Assembly (NCBI RefSeq): GCF_009914755.1
Contig: NC_060928.1
Length of the DNA: 64,000 nucleotides
Source of the DNA: the human T2T-CHM13v2.0 reference genome, Homo sapiens
Direction: 5' to 3' (one strand)
Shown: piece after piece, positions 1 through 15,388 of the stretch
Layout: every line of letters begins with the position of its first letter
Position numbering within the stretch: position 1 is the first letter of the stretch
Notes under the pieces: generated by a model
The model's database searches: none
What the model was told of the DNA's origin: nothing
What the model saw: the letters and a program-made list of their open reading frames with translations, nothing else
Position numbers and translations under genes: made by a program

Positions 1-455
1 AAGCACAATATCTCTTCTATCCTCCCACTTCACTGCAAACAGGAAAATGGCTTCCAAGGTCAGCTGTAAGGGTAAGGTAAGATTGAACAGCAGCCAGAAG
101 GAAAAGAGGGAATCTGCCTCTTTCAACATATTCTATGGAAATGCACTCCCAGAGCATCTGAAAAACAAAAACAAAAACAAAACAAAGAAACAAAAAAAAC
201 AGTGTGCTAAGTGTCTAGGAACAGCAGGCTGATGAGGACAGGCTGCCCTGACTTCCTGCTCTGCTTTCTGCATCTGAGCCACACTTTCCCTTGGGCATGT
301 CAACAGCACTTATGTCTCTGCAGATGAGCAGCTAGTACAGATGTTTAAAGTAAAAGCATAGCCTCAGTTTAAAAGCAAGAAGAGAGAGAAGATAAAGTTC
401 TTCCTTTAAAAATAAGAAGAAAATCATTCCTGCCTACCTTCCTTCCTTCTTTTTT

Positions 456-1656
456 TTTTTTTGTTTGTTTTTTGTATGTTTGTTTGTTTGTTTGTTTTAC
501 GTTAAGTTCTGGGATACAGGTGCAGAACTTGCAGGTTCATTTCATAGGTATACATGTGCCATGGTGGTTTATTGCACCTATCAACCCATCATCTATGTTT
601 TAAGCCTCGCATGCATTAGGTACTTGTCCTAATGCTCTCCTTCGCCTTGCCTCCCATACCCCAACAGGACCCGGGGTGTGATGTTCCCCTCCCTGTGTGC
701 ATGTGTTCTCATTGTTCAACTTCCACTTATGAGTAAGAACATGCAGTGTTTGGTTTTCTTTTCCTGTGTTAGTTTGCTGAGAATGATGGTTTCCAGCTTC
801 ATCCATGTCCCTGCAAAGGACATGAACTCATTCGATTTTATGGCTGCATAGTATTCCATGGTGTATATGTGCCACATTTTCTTTATCCAGTCTATCATTG
901 ATGGGCATTTGGGTGGGTTCCAAGTCTTTGCTATTGTAAATAGTGCCACAGTAAACATACGTGTGCATGTGTCTTTAGGGTAGAATGATTTATAATCCGT
1001 TAGGTATATACCCAGTAATGAGATTGCTGGGTCAAATGGTATTTCTGGTTCTAGATCCTTGAGGAATCACCACACTGTCTTCCAAAATGGTTGAAGTAAT
1101 TTACACTCCCACCAACGGTGTAAAAGCATTCCTATTTCTCCACACCCTTGCCAGCATCTGTTGTTTCCTGACTTTTTAATAATCACCATTCTGACTGACA
1201 TGAGATGGTATCTCATTGTGGTTTTGATTTGCATTTCTCTAATGACCAGTGATCATGAGCTTTTTTTCATATGTTTGTTGGCTGCATAAATGTCTTCTTT
1301 TGAGAAGTGTCTGTTCATATCCTTTGCCCACTTTTTGATGGAGTTGTTTGTCTTTTTCTTGTAAATTTGTTTAAGTTCTTTGTAGGTTCTGGATATTAGA
1401 CCTTTGTCAGATGGGTAGACGGCAAAAATTTTCTCCCATTCTGTAGGTTGCCTGTTTACTCTGATGATAGTTTATTTTGCTGCGCAGAAGCTCTTTAGTT
1501 TAATTGATCCCACTTGTCAATTTTGGATTTTGTTGCAATTGCTTTTGGTATTTTAGTCATGAAGTCTTTGCCCAGGCCTGTGTCCTGAATGGTATTGCCT
1601 AGGTTTTCTTTTAGGTTTTTTATGGTTTTGGGTTTTACATTTAAGTCTTTAATCCA
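456..1656 (-). mobile_element. L1PA-type LINE-1, 3' segment (ORF2 end, 3'UTR, degenerate poly-A tail)
   Basis: T-rich tail at ~450-497 followed by reverse-complement L1 3'UTR. Minus ORFs give ORF2 C-terminal peptides (IAKTWNPPKCPSMIDWIKKMWHIYTMEYY). Confidence 0.95.
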
Positions 1657-2355
1657 ACAATAAGACAAGCAGAGAGCCAAATCATGAGTGAACTCCCATT
1701 CACGATTGCTACAAAGAGAATAAAATACCTAAGAATACAACCTATAAGGAATGTGAAGGTCCTCTTTAAGGAGAACTACAAACTGCTGCTCAAGGAAATA
1801 AGAGAGGACATACACAAATGGAAAGAAATTCCATGCTCATGGATAGGAAGAATCAATATTGTGAAAATGGCCATAGTGCCCAAAGTAATTTATAGATTCA
1901 ATGCTATTCCCATCAAGCTACAATTGACTTTCTTCACAGAATTAGAAAAAAACTACTTTAAATTTTATATGGAACCAAAAAAAGAGCCCGCATAGCCAAG
2001 ACAATCCTAAGCAAAAAGAACACAACTGGAGGCATCACTTCAACAAAACTTGAAGTCATCAAAAGGCTGACTTCAAACTATACTGTAAGGCTACAGTATC
2101 CAAAATGGCATGATAGTGGTACCAAAACAGATATATAGGCCAATGGAACAGAACAGAGACCTCAGAAATAACACCACACATCTACAACCATCTGATAAAG
2201 CTGACAAAAACAAGCAATGGAGAAAGGATTCCCTATTTAACAAATGGTGTTGGGAAAACTGGCTAGCCATATGCAGAAAACAGAAACTGGACCCCTTCCT
2301 TACATCTTATACAAAAATTAACTCTAGATGGATTAAAGACATAAATGTAAAACCC
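1654..2355 (+). mobile_element. Inverted 5' segment of the same L1 insertion (ORF2 fragment)
   Basis: Plus ORFs give ORF2 peptides ([32 protein letters not shown]). The segment ends at the L1 position where the minus segment begins. Candidate TSD ccttc[t/g]ttttt at 445-455 and 2354-2364. Confidence 0.9.
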
Positions 2356-2389
2356 TTCGTTTTTAAGGGAAAAGTTTCAAGCACTTTGT

Positions 2390-2570
2390 GAATATGAACT
2401 CATTAATACTTGTAACATCCCTATGATGTAGATGTTTTTAAACCTCCATTTTATAGATGAAGAAACTGGGGCATAAACAAGTTACATATTTTGCCCAGGG
2501 ACACACAGCAAGGCCAGGATTCAAAATATGCAGACTGCTTCTGGAGGTCAGGCTATTAGCCAGTGCTGTT
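2390..2570 (-). mobile_element. MIR SINE
   Basis: MIR core-like cattttatagatgaagaaactgggg; boundaries approximate. Confidence 0.7.
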
Positions 2571-2849
2571 CCAACTCTCATGGTTATGATCTGCTTGTAA
2601 TTACCCCAGAATCAAAGTCCTTAAATAAATTGTGAATGTTTTTATGGAAAACATGAAATACATAGAAAAGTAGAGAAAATAGTATTATGGACCCCCTTAT
2701 ACTCATATCTCAGCTTCTACAATTATCAAATCATGGGCAATCTTGTTTTATCTAAAACTCTGATCTCCAATAATGAATTATTTTCAAGTAAATTTCAGGC
2801 ATCATATAATTCCATCTAAAAACACTTTTTGAGTGCAATGTTACCAGAT

Positions 2850-3665
2850 CATTTTTAATAACAGCTTTACTGAGATATAACTCACATGAAAATGAGTTAT
2901 ATCATATATACCATAAAATTTACCCATTTTAAATTGTATAATTAAATGTTTCATGTATATATTTACAAAGTTACATAATTATTACCACAATCAATTAGAA
3001 TATTTTTATCATCCCGAAAAGAAGCCCCATAAACATTAATGGTCACATCCCATCTCCTCCTCCTGCCAACTCCGGGCAACCACAAATTCACTTTCTGTCT
3101 CTATGGATTTGGCTATTATCTGAACATTTTATATAAACAGAATCATGCAATAATACATGGTCCTTTGTGACTGGCTTCTTTCACCAGTATAATGTTTTCA
3201 AGTTTCGTCCATGTCATAGCATGTATGAGTACTTCATTCCTTTTATGGCTGAATAATATTCCACTGTATGGGTATACCACATTTTGTTTTTCCTTTCCTC
3301 AATTGATGGACATTTAGGCTGTTTCAACTTTTTGGCTATTATGAGTAATGCTGCTATGAACATTCACACACAAGTTTTTGTGTGAACATATATTTCCATT
3401 TCTCTTGGGCATACACCTAGAAGTGGAATTCCTGGATCATATGGTAACTGTATGTTTAACCATTTTTGGAACTGCCAAACTGTTTTCCAAAGCAATAGTT
3501 CCATTTTACATTCCCACCATCAATATATGAAGTTTCCAATTTCTTCACATCCTTGCCAACACTTAATTATCTGTCTTTTTGATACAAGCCATCCTACTGG
3601 GCATGAAGTGGTTTTGATTCTCATTTCCCTGATGGCTAATGATGTTGAGGACCTTTTTATGTGGC
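2850..3665 (-). mobile_element. Old L1M (L1MB-like) 3' end
   Basis: Reverse-complement L1M 3'UTR and ORF2-end motifs (ttgatggacatttaggctgtttc, acattcccaccatcaat); boundaries approximate. Confidence 0.8.
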
Positions 3666-3929
3666 TAGCAGATTTAAGCCAACAGACTCTCTCACTTTAG
3701 GGTTCTCTTTGAAACACCTCCTTTAATTCTAAAATGTCTGTTCTCTCCCCTTCTACCAATAATTCATCCACTTTAGTACCCCATTTTTTGCCTCCTTCAT
3801 CCTCTTCCCTATACTTTCAATCATTCCACAATTGGTGTCTAGCCAGAGACCCCATAAAAATATACTTTTTAAAAAGTAGATTTGGAAGTAGGTCTTTGAA
3901 ATCTGGTGTGTACAAATAAAACCCCTCCA

Positions 3930-4125
3930 TGTTTTATTTTCTTCATAGTAGCTATCACTGTCTGAGATAATCTTATTTGTTTACTTGTTTATAGTCTGTC
4001 TTCCCAAATGCACGCTAAAATATAAGACTCATGAGAGGAGAGACATTGCCTATTTGCTTACTATCTCCCTATTGCCTAGAAGAGAGTCATAGCGGAAGCT
4101 CAAGAAACATTTGGTGTTTGAATTA
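3930..4125 (+). mobile_element. L2 3' end fragment
   Basis: Resembles the L2 terminus (tgtcttccc...tataagactcatgag...gctcaagaaacatttg). Confidence 0.55.
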
Positions 4126-5204
4126 AGAGTTCTCAGATTGTGGAGTTCTTATTTGATCTTGTTATGCTGCATTGCACACCAACCTTGCACATCTCTTTAA
4201 AATACGTTGCGTTTCCTAAGAATAATATCTGAAATACAGGCCATGCATTATGCACATCACCCTTCATCACAGCATATTTATAAAGGAAAAAACATCAGTT
4301 AACACTCTAAATGCTCAACATCTATACATTGAAATATTGTGCAAGGAATTTAAATGATGTTTACAGAGAGACTGTAGTATTACAGGGATATGTTTGCTCT
4401 ATTATATGAAAAAAGCAGGTTACAATATGTATTACATTATGACCACAAACAAGGTTTTTTAGATGTTTAGAATAGAGATTGTGAGGAAATAAATCAAAAT
4501 GCTGACAGAGTTGTCTTTGGGTGGTACATTAAGGGCTACTAATTTTCTTTTACTTCTTCTTTCTACTTTTCCACATTTTTAAATTTTCTATCATGAATAT
4601 GTGTTACTCTTATAATAAGATACAAAAATGACTGTATTTTAAGAAAAGCTAACTGTAACTGCATAGTACTCTCACAATGACAAAGAAGTAGGCGTTTTCA
4701 CTGATTTTTATCCATTTTAAAGCAATAGTTTACAAAATGAAAACATAAGCCATCATTGTTGTTTACATTGCCAAGCTGATGAGGGACATTTTCTCGTTAT
4801 AGTAATGTTTCAGTCAATAAACAAAAAATGAATAACAGAATATCACCATTTTTCAAGTCCTAGTAATGGATCTAAGACAATGATCATCACTGGCTACCAG
4901 TCATTATGTGTTTCCTAATGAGAAAACACAACATAACCTGCAAGTTGTCATAGCAAAAATATAACTTAAATTTGATCTGGAGCTTCTGGATCAAGCTACT
5001 TGTTCACAGGAAACACAGGAACTAGAAGAACACAGTAAATGATAGTACAGGAATGCAAAATCCAGAATGTGGAAAACTCCGTAGGTCAAACAAACCAGTT
5101 CACTAACAAATAAATAAAAGGGAAAAAAAAGAGTAGGGAGGTAAGGAAGAATCCTATAGATTAAAATAAACATGAAACACATAAATTAATTACAACAAAT
5201 AGGC

Positions 5205-5470
5205 CTGCACTGTCCAACTCAGTAGCCACTACCCACATGTGGCTAGTCCAAATTGAAGTGTGCAAAATACACACCAGATTTCAAAGACTTAGTATGAAAA
5301 AATATATATAAAATATCTTATTAGAACATTTTAACTGATGTGTTGACATAATAATGATAATATTTTGGTACATTGGCTTAAAACAACAAATTAATTTCAC
5401 TTTTACTTTTTAAATTAAAACTAAAAATTCATATGTGGCTTATATTGCATCTCTATGACAGTATTGCTAT
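5205..5470. mobile_element. hAT-Charlie MITE (MER3/MER33-like)
   Basis: ctgtccaactcagtagccactacccacatgtggctag start with a degenerate inverted end near 5460. Confidence 0.55.
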
Positions 5471-6049
5471 TAATATTATTTGGATTCTGATTTAAATACA
5501 CAAATAATATATATATAAAATAGTTAATTACTTTAGGTTTGATAATGATATTGTGATTATGCTTTTAAAAATTTTTTAAATAGTCCTTATCTTTTATAGC
5601 TACATATGAAATATGTAGGGATGGAATGATATTATGAACAGGATTTGCTTTAAAATAATGTGATGGGGAAAAGTGGATAAGCGTATAGATAAATAAGAGT
5701 GGTCATGAGGTGGTCATGTGGAAATAAATAGGAAATTCATCGTATTAGTCTCTCCACTTTTGCGTATGTTTGACATTTTCCATGATAAAAAGTTAGAAGG
5801 GAGTGGGTGAGGCTACAACTGTGGGCATACTTTTAAGAACTAGGAGCAAAACGGTAAGTAGTCTGCCACAGCAACAGACCCCAGACCTGGTATGCTTCAC
5901 TGTAGAATCCTTATAGGCTACCCTATCCTTGATCTCAAACCCTTCTTCTGTGCTCAACCTCCTTTCTGTTATTTAGCTTTTACTTTGGAAATGCATCCTT
6001 GACTTAATTATCTTACCCCAGACCTTCTTTCTGGCTGATGGACCTTAAC

Positions 6050-6580
6050 TCTATGTGTATTATTTCTGGTAACAAATTCCCCCAAAACGTGGTGAATGAA
6101 AACAACAATCATTTTGTTATTATTTCTTCTGATCCTGGGGGTTGACTAGGTTGAGCTGGGCAGTTCTCACTAGGAGTTTGTCATGTAGTTACAATCAGGA
6201 GGTGATTGAGGCTAGAGCCATCCAAAAGCTTCCTCACTCATAAGTCTGTCAGTTAATGCCAGCTGTTGGTTGGGATGTCAGTTCAGGCTGTCAGCCAGAA
6301 CACCTATACATGGGTTTTCCGTGTGACACGGGCCTCCTCACCGTATGGTGGCTAGGTTTCAAGAGCTCGCATCCCAATAGTATCCCAGGTAATAAGTCTA
6401 TCACCTTTATGCCATAGTCTAGAAAACATCACTTCAACCATAGTCACCAACCCACCAACATTCAAGGGTAGAAAACATAGGTCCCACCTTTTGATGGAAG
6501 GAGTGCCAATATCACATTGGAGATGAGCGTGTGGAACAGAAATCTTGCTGCAGCCATCGTGGAAAATTCTGTCTGCCATA
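6050..6580. mobile_element. MLT1-type MaLR LTR (decayed)
   Basis: MLT1-like motifs (gtcccaccttttgatggaagg, gctgcagccatcgtggaaaa); boundaries approximate. Confidence 0.55.
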
Positions 6581-7205
6581 CTTTGGATCCCCCTTGGTCT
6601 ACACATTTATTTCTCTGGCTCTGACCAGTTTCCAATTATTAGGAAGCCAAACAGCACTTTTTCTGCTTAGAACTATCATCTATCTGATCCTGCTCAGCTT
6701 GCACAACATTCTAGCCACTGGTACTGCTTGCTCACAGACTTCTGCCTTTACCTCTTAACCCCCTCTATTCCTCCTTCATCATGTCTTGTCTGCTCCAAAA
6801 TGTATAAGGACATAACATTAGAAAATAACATTGGCCATATACTCTTGAAAATACCCTACTTCTACAAACCTGACCCAAGAAATACAAACAGGCTGATATG
6901 AAATACAGTGAAAATAAACATGCTTAATTAAATTTTAAAACTAGTCAATGACTGTGCATTCTTAATGTTTGGTTTATGTCATTATTATATAATGAACAAT
7001 AAAAGTGTTCAATGTCAGTGCCCTGGATAAGCTCTTACTTTTAAGTACCAGGTAGAAAAAAAAAATCATTCTACATAGAAGATCCCTATCACCAGAAACA
7101 TTATGGCACCCTCTGCTGTCAGGAAACAACATTTAAAGGTACCCTGTGTTCATTTTCCCTGCAGGATTCTCCAGCATCCTGTTCCCGTAGGCTGCCAATC
7201 ATCTT

Positions 7206-7520
<315 letters not shown>

Positions 7521-10500
7521 GGCTGCCAATCATCTTATCCAGATGTAAAAGCATAATTTGGAGAAGTACAGAAAAGCAAGGGGCTTAATGCAGGCAAGAT
7601 ATTAAAGGTAAAGGTAAAAAATAAAAACACATCAGTGTATGCAGTTCAATGTAAATAAGTCTGAAAGAGGAAAAGAAGCTTTGTATAGAACCTCAAGAGG
7701 TAGCCAATCAAAAACATAATATAGCTATCCTTGTCTAAGCCCTTTATATAAGTAGTTAATCTTGACAAATTGCCCATGAAACATAGAAAGGTTAAATATA
7801 GCACAAGGTCACACAGCAAGTAAATGGCAGAACCAAGATACAAACCCCAGAAATCTGTCTCTAGAGCCTGTATCTTTAACCACTCTGCTCTACTGCCTAA
7901 TAAATAGCTATGACTACTAATGGGAAAAAAACTTCCTTAAGTATATCAAGAACTACTATCAGGTATTATTGCCATTACCTAAAATTGGCTGTCAGGAAAA
8001 TTTCTTGCCCCGCGTAAAGCAGAGAAAAAGTAATCCAAGTCTCCCATCCACAATTAAGCCATTCTGAAGTTTAAGATTACTTTCCCTTCTAAATTTAGAA
8101 ACAAATTTGTTCTTTGGAGAAATCAAAATGTATTACACTAACCTCAAAAGTAATTTCTCTCATCACAACCTCACTAAAATCTGTCAGCTGCTTTTACAGA
8201 GAATGGATTCTCCTATAGCAGACTCAAAGCTTGCGCAACCTGATTGTTTAATCCACCAACCAACTAGTCAACTGAGCAGTCACTCAGGATGTTCCAAATC
8301 CAAAGACTGGTTCACTAACCCAGTGAAACCTATAGTGGAGTAGGGAGCCTTTCCTAATGAAGGACAGAGCAACTAGTTCTCTTCCTCCATAGAATAATGA
8401 GCCAAATAGTTCTGCACCAGAATGAGAGGGATGCTCAAAAGGTTGGAGAGCTCTGGGCTGCAGACTGAATGAAGCAGGACAAACTTCCTGGTATGGTGGT
8501 AGAAGAACATCACGTTAGTGAGACTCTGTAGGCAGAGTAAGGATCAAGGCCATATCCACTCAAGGCCTTCTGTCCCTGGTCAGACTTCCAAGTCCCCCTT
8601 GCTCAGAAACCAGGTGATAACAGTAGGGCCTAGATTCTGTTCCAGTCACAGGAGACATGATGGAATTGGTACAGTGCACTAGGAGCACACGTTGGAAACC
8701 ACCTCAATGCTACAAACAGGAAGGGCATGAACCCTAATATCTATTGATGGCCCAGTCACTGTGCCACTGCAGGCACAGCCACTAGTGCTTCAGACTTTCC
8801 CTTATTTAAACCTCACAATTAAAAACCCCATGAGGCTGTGACCAATATCCCTATTTCACACAGAGGAAAGTGTCTAAGAAATTAAGAACTGACCCAAGGT
8901 TACACAGCAGTATGGACAGAATTTGAACTTCTGTCTCTTTCCATAGTCCAAGCCATTTCTATTATATCAAGCTGCCCATGCAACAATTAATGACATTGGG
9001 CAACTATGATAGTTGTTTCTGACTCCTCCCCTGAAATTTTAGACCGGCCTACAAGCCAAATGTTTGGATATAAAAATACACCTAGATTGTGACACTATTG
9101 TAACACTAGGAAGTACAGCTTGGGAAGGATACCTCTCCTACTTACTCCAAGTTTTCTATTCTTCTCTCATATTCCTGTTTCCTGTTCCAATCCCAGATCA
9201 TCTCTCTTGAGCTGTATCATTTGGGTAGGTGTTTCTCAAAGAAGACCACCCTATTTATGCCAGCCTCCAAGGTATTCATATACAGAACCTTAAAGGATAA
9301 TGATACAGAAAATAAAGAGAAACTCTTCCTTTGCAGACCTTCTAAGAAAACTTGGACAAGTAAATTGAAGTTTGCTGGGCTTCAATTTGGCCAAGCAAAA
9401 CCAGAGTGAGTTGGACTATATGATCTCTAATTCCCTTCCAGCTTTAGAGTCTGTAATTCTATTATTTTTAACTAAATCCACTAATCTTCACAATAAAATA
9501 ACCACAAAGAAATATATCAACTTATAAAGAGGTCAAAAGAGACAGATTAATTCTGACAAATACTGCTTTGTGCCTAGGACATCAATGTGATTTTTTTTTA
9601 AGTGCACAGATTTACATTGGCTGGTATTACTTCATTCTTGAGATGACAGAGTGGAAGGCAGGCCTTGCCTGATGCCACAGCCAACTATCTCTGGAGGTCA
9701 GGTCAGTTTTAGAATCTATACCAGAAAGAGGTTATTTATCTCATGCTCCACAAGTTACCTTTGGCCCACAGGCTCTGATTACCTTCTATCCATAGGATGT
9801 CAGGGCAATACTAGGGCTGTCTCAGGGTCTTTGGAGTGAGGGATTTCTCCATTTTCTTGACTCAGCTAATTGAACAGAAAAGTCTTCCCCCTTTAGAAGT
9901 ATTGGAAAGAAAGCCTCCCTCTTTCAGGGCTCCACCATTCATCCCACCCCATCAGACAAGGGAATAACTTGGCAAGATTTGGGGAAAAAGGCATTGCATA
10001 TGCATGGTCTAGGCCCCTTTCTAGGATCTAGCCTTTCCCCAGGCAGCTGCAGTGCTTAAACTCACTCCTCCCTTCCCCAGGGTAGATCCTACCCTGTGGG
10101 GAGGAAGGTCTTCAGTCAGCGACTATGTGGGTATGTTCAATTTAGAGCAAGGAAGAACAAACTCAGTTTGGCCTTGGTTCCAAGCCACAATCTCTTTTCC
10201 AGCTTTATCATCAATATCTGACTCTCATATCTACTACACAATTGATTCAGAACTTGATTCAAAACTCCAGAAGAGGATTATACCCCTTTAAAACTTTAAG
10301 AGAAGGCACTGATCATATTGAGTTCAATTATCAGGCACTGTACTAAGTGCTCTAAAGTAATTCAGAATTCAACAAAGGAGATGAGTGTGTAAATAATCTA
10401 AGCAAGCAGAATGTAATAAATCCCAGTCATAGATTCAAGCAGATGCTGCTGGGATGCCAAGTAGGAGGTGGGGAGAGAGGATGGGGAACAATAGTCCAGG

Positions 10501-12019
10501 ACAATCAGGATAGGTTTCCAAAAGAAATTTTTTGATGTTGTAACCAGGCCCTGAGAGAAGACCCAGAACCGTACCTGCGTGTCAAGATTCTGCAGGCTCA
10601 GGCAGGCTCAGCTCCTCAGTGTCCCCATACATTTGTAAAATATGAAGTCAATGGCCAAGTCCCACCTAAGCCCATTCTACTGGCAATGGTTGGAATTACA
10701 GCAGCCTCTAGACAGGCTAAACTGTTTTTTGCCATTCTTAGCTCGTTCTGAATTCTCTGACTCTAGAAAAATAGAATACGTAAGATGAGGAAAAGGACAG
10801 AGTGAAAATGGGACAGAATAGCTGGAAGGAGGTGGGTGATTACAAGAAGTTTTGACTCCAATTTGAACATATGTTGTTTGCCTTAGGAAAAATAAAAGTG
10901 CAACCAGCCTGACACTTTGATCAGAGGTTTACAAGATTAAACACTTGGCATGCCTAAAGGACAAAATCTGGTCAAGAACGATTGTATCACATATCACAGA
11001 CTGGGCCTCTTTGCTAATTGACATCTACAGAAATTTAAGCTTGACTACTTATTCTAAAATACAGAATACATAAGTCACAGGTTTACACACCTCCCAAAGA
11101 CTATACCTTTGCGGTACCTATGTGGCAGAACCAAGGCAAAAAGTTATCAACAGCCAATTTCTAAAAACCCCTTACTTATTGAGCCACATAACATGGATGT
11201 TAGAAATCAGTCAATGCATTCCTCTAGCACTTTCTATCAGACACATCCACTTCTCCTAGTGCAGGAACAACTTGAGGTCACTCTATGTCTCATTTTGTAA
11301 TAACCCAGCTCTGTACATAATTGGTGCAAAATAAATGTTTGTTAAATGAAATAAGGGAATCAAACAACCAGATTCCAGCATGACTTAATTAATCCCTATG
11401 TGTCCTAGTTTTAGAAAGTGTGATACCATCACATTTCAATCAATATGTTCTAGATTAAACATTTCTGTATTTTTGTGCATGTGTGTACATACACTCACCC
11501 TTCTAATCACATCCTTACATATGGTGAAAACGTGGAACACATTATGCTTTATAACTCACTAGAAATTCAACAAATTCTTATTAGTATCTATAAAGCAAGG
11601 TACTACAAGAGATGAAGGCTCCATCACTGTCCTCAAAAAGTAATAGGCTCTTTTTCTCATCCCCACTCCCACTGGGTTAGTGTCCTTCCACAGCCCACCT
11701 TAGCTCTCATCACACTGTTATCTCCTATGTTTGTCCTCCACAAGCCAACTGCCAGAGGGCTTTCAGGGTCACAACTGTAGCTCCGCCCTGCAGTTTTATC
11801 CAATGGTAAGCTTTAAATAAATTGTTTTTATACATTGTTGAAATGAGGAAGGGAATGGGAAAAATTCAACCACAATAAAGGAAATGGTTAAGTCCTTTAA
11901 GACTGGTACAAAGTACTATAGAGTTTAGAAGAGAGAGAGGTTACAAAAGAATCTGGATATTAATTAACATTCATTATATAACATTCATTAACATTAACAT
12001 TCCAAGCCAGTCTCCTTTC

Positions 12020-12767
<748 letters not shown>

Positions 12768-13251
12768 TTAAGAAAGGTTGCTCCATGAGGGAAGCATATG
12801 TGCCAAGGCAAGGTGCAAAAATTAAGAAGAGGCATGTTTAAGAAATATACATAAGGAAATAATGAAAAATAAAACTGAAAAGTTTGGAACAATATTTGTA
12901 AAAACTTAAAAATGAGGAATCTAGGCTTAGTCAGATACACAGCGGGGAAACTGTACATTATTTTGACCAAAACTGTAACACATTTAAGCTTAGGAAAAGT
13001 AATTTGGCAGGATGGATAATAAGGGAGAAAGTGAAGCTGAGTGTAGGAAGACTAGGTTGGTATGAGAACAAAAACAGATGTATAAGAACAAACAAAGGAC
13101 AAAAGGCAGACCTGTCAATGTATTAACTGAACGTGAGGAAAAATTCACATGAAAATTACCATAGGAAAAAAGTTTGCTTAGTAAGAAATAAATTCAGATG
13201 AATACAATGCAAACAGTAAACATTTTAAATAAATTTAAACAGAGTTGATTA

Positions 13252-13585
13252 CAGTAGCCCCTCTGTATCCATGGGTTCCGCATCTATGGATTCAACCAAC
13301 CATGGATTAAAAAAAAACAACAACAACAAATCTACAAAGTTTCAAAAAGCAAAGCTTGAATTTACCATGTGCTAATACTATGTTAAATCCACACAAATGA
13401 AGTTATGTGTAGGCACTGTATTAGGTATTATAAGTAATCTAGAAATTATTTCAAGTATGCAGGAGGATGTCCATAGGTTGTAGGCAAACACTACACCATT
13501 TTATATAAGAGACTTGAGCATTCACAGGTTTTGGTAACCTCAGAGGGTCCTGGAACCAATCCCCACAGATACCACAGGTCGACTG
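13252..13585. mobile_element. TcMar-Tigger MITE (Tigger3/MER2-like)
   Basis: Imperfect TIRs CAGTAGCCCCTCTGTATCC ... GATACCACAGGTCGACTG with TA on the left flank. Confidence 0.75.
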
Positions 13586-14425
13586 CATTTAAAGTGGCAT
13601 AGGGTACTTTGAAAAATAAACAAAATTGATAAACCTTTATCCAGACTAAGAAAAAAAGAATGTTAAAATAAGTAAACTCAGAAATGAAAGTGGAGCCACT
13701 ACAACTGATACTACAAAATGCCAAGGATCATAAGAGACTATTATTAAAAATTATACATCTACAAGTTGGGTAACTCAGGAGAAATGGATAAATTCCTAGA
13801 AACAAACAATCTAGCAAGACTGAATCCAGAAGAAAACAGAAAACCTGAACAAAGAAGAAGATTGAATGAATAATAAAAAAATCTCCCATCAAAGAGAAGC
13901 CCAAGATCAGATGGCTGCATGGCAGAATTCTACCAAACATTTAAAGAGGAACTAATACCAATCCTTCTCAAACTCTTCCAAAATTTTGAAGGAGGAATAC
14001 TTCCAAACTCACTTTATGAGACCAGAACTACCCTGAGATGAAAACCTAACAAGGACATTACAAAAAAAGAAAAATTACAGGCCAATATCCCTGATAAACA
14101 TCAATGCAAAAATCTTCAACAAAATACCAGCAAACTAAATTCAACAGCATATTAAACAGATCATTCACCATGATCAAGTGGGATTTATCCCTGGGATGCA
14201 AGAATGGGCCAACATATGCAAATCAATAAATATAACATACCATATTAACAAGAGTGCAGCACAAAAACCATTTGATCATTTCAATAGATGCAGAAAAAGC
14301 ATTTGAAAAATTCAACAGCATTTCACGGTAAAAACACTCAACAAATTAGGCATAGAGGGAACGTACCTCAACACAATTAAGGCCATATATGAAACGCCCA
14401 CAGCTAACCTCATACTTAATAGTGA

Positions 14426-14735
<310 letters not shown>

Positions 14736-14951
14736 TAAAATTAGTAGCATTTATTTACACTGACAATGAACTATTGAAAAGGTAAGAAATCAATCTAATT
14801 CTCAATAGCATCAAAAAATACTTAGGAGTAAATTGAATCAAATAAGTGAAAGATCTGTATACTGAAAACTATAAAACACTGATGAAAGAAATAGTAGACA
14901 ACACAAATAGATGTAAAGGTATCCTGTGTTCCTGGATTGGAAGAATATTGT

Positions 14952-15335
14952 TGTATTAGTCCTTTCTTGCATTGCTATAAAGAAATACCTGAAAATGGTT
15001 AATTTATAAAGAAAAAAGGTTTAATTGTCTCATGGTTCTGCAGGTTGTACAGGAAATATGATGCTGGCATCTGCTTCTTGGGAGACCTCAGGAAACTTTC
15101 AATCATAGCAGGAAGTGAAGGGGAGGCAAGCACATCTTACATGGCTAGCGCAGAAGGAGGGTGGGGAGGTGCCACACACTTTTAAATGACCAGATCTCAT
15201 AAGAGCTCTATCACAAGCAGCAAAAGGGGAAATCCACCCCCATGATCCAATCACCTCCCACCAGGCCCAACCTCCACATTGAGGATTACAATAGAACATG
15301 AGATTTTGGTGGGGACACAGATCCGAACCATAGCC
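14952..15335 (-). mobile_element. MST-type MaLR solo LTR
   Basis: tgtattagtc...cattgctataaagaaatacctga start and MST-like end; 5-bp TSD ATTGT (14947-14951, 15336-15340). Confidence 0.88.
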
Positions 15336-15388
15336 ATTGTTAAAATGTCCATACTAGACAAAACAATCTACAGGTTCAATCCAATCCC

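Noticed and set aside
8000-11900. Repeat-poor intergenic stretch as a hidden gene or enhancer
   Set aside because: No CpG enrichment, consistent exon chain or recognisable peptide; regulatory function cannot be judged without conservation or chromatin data.
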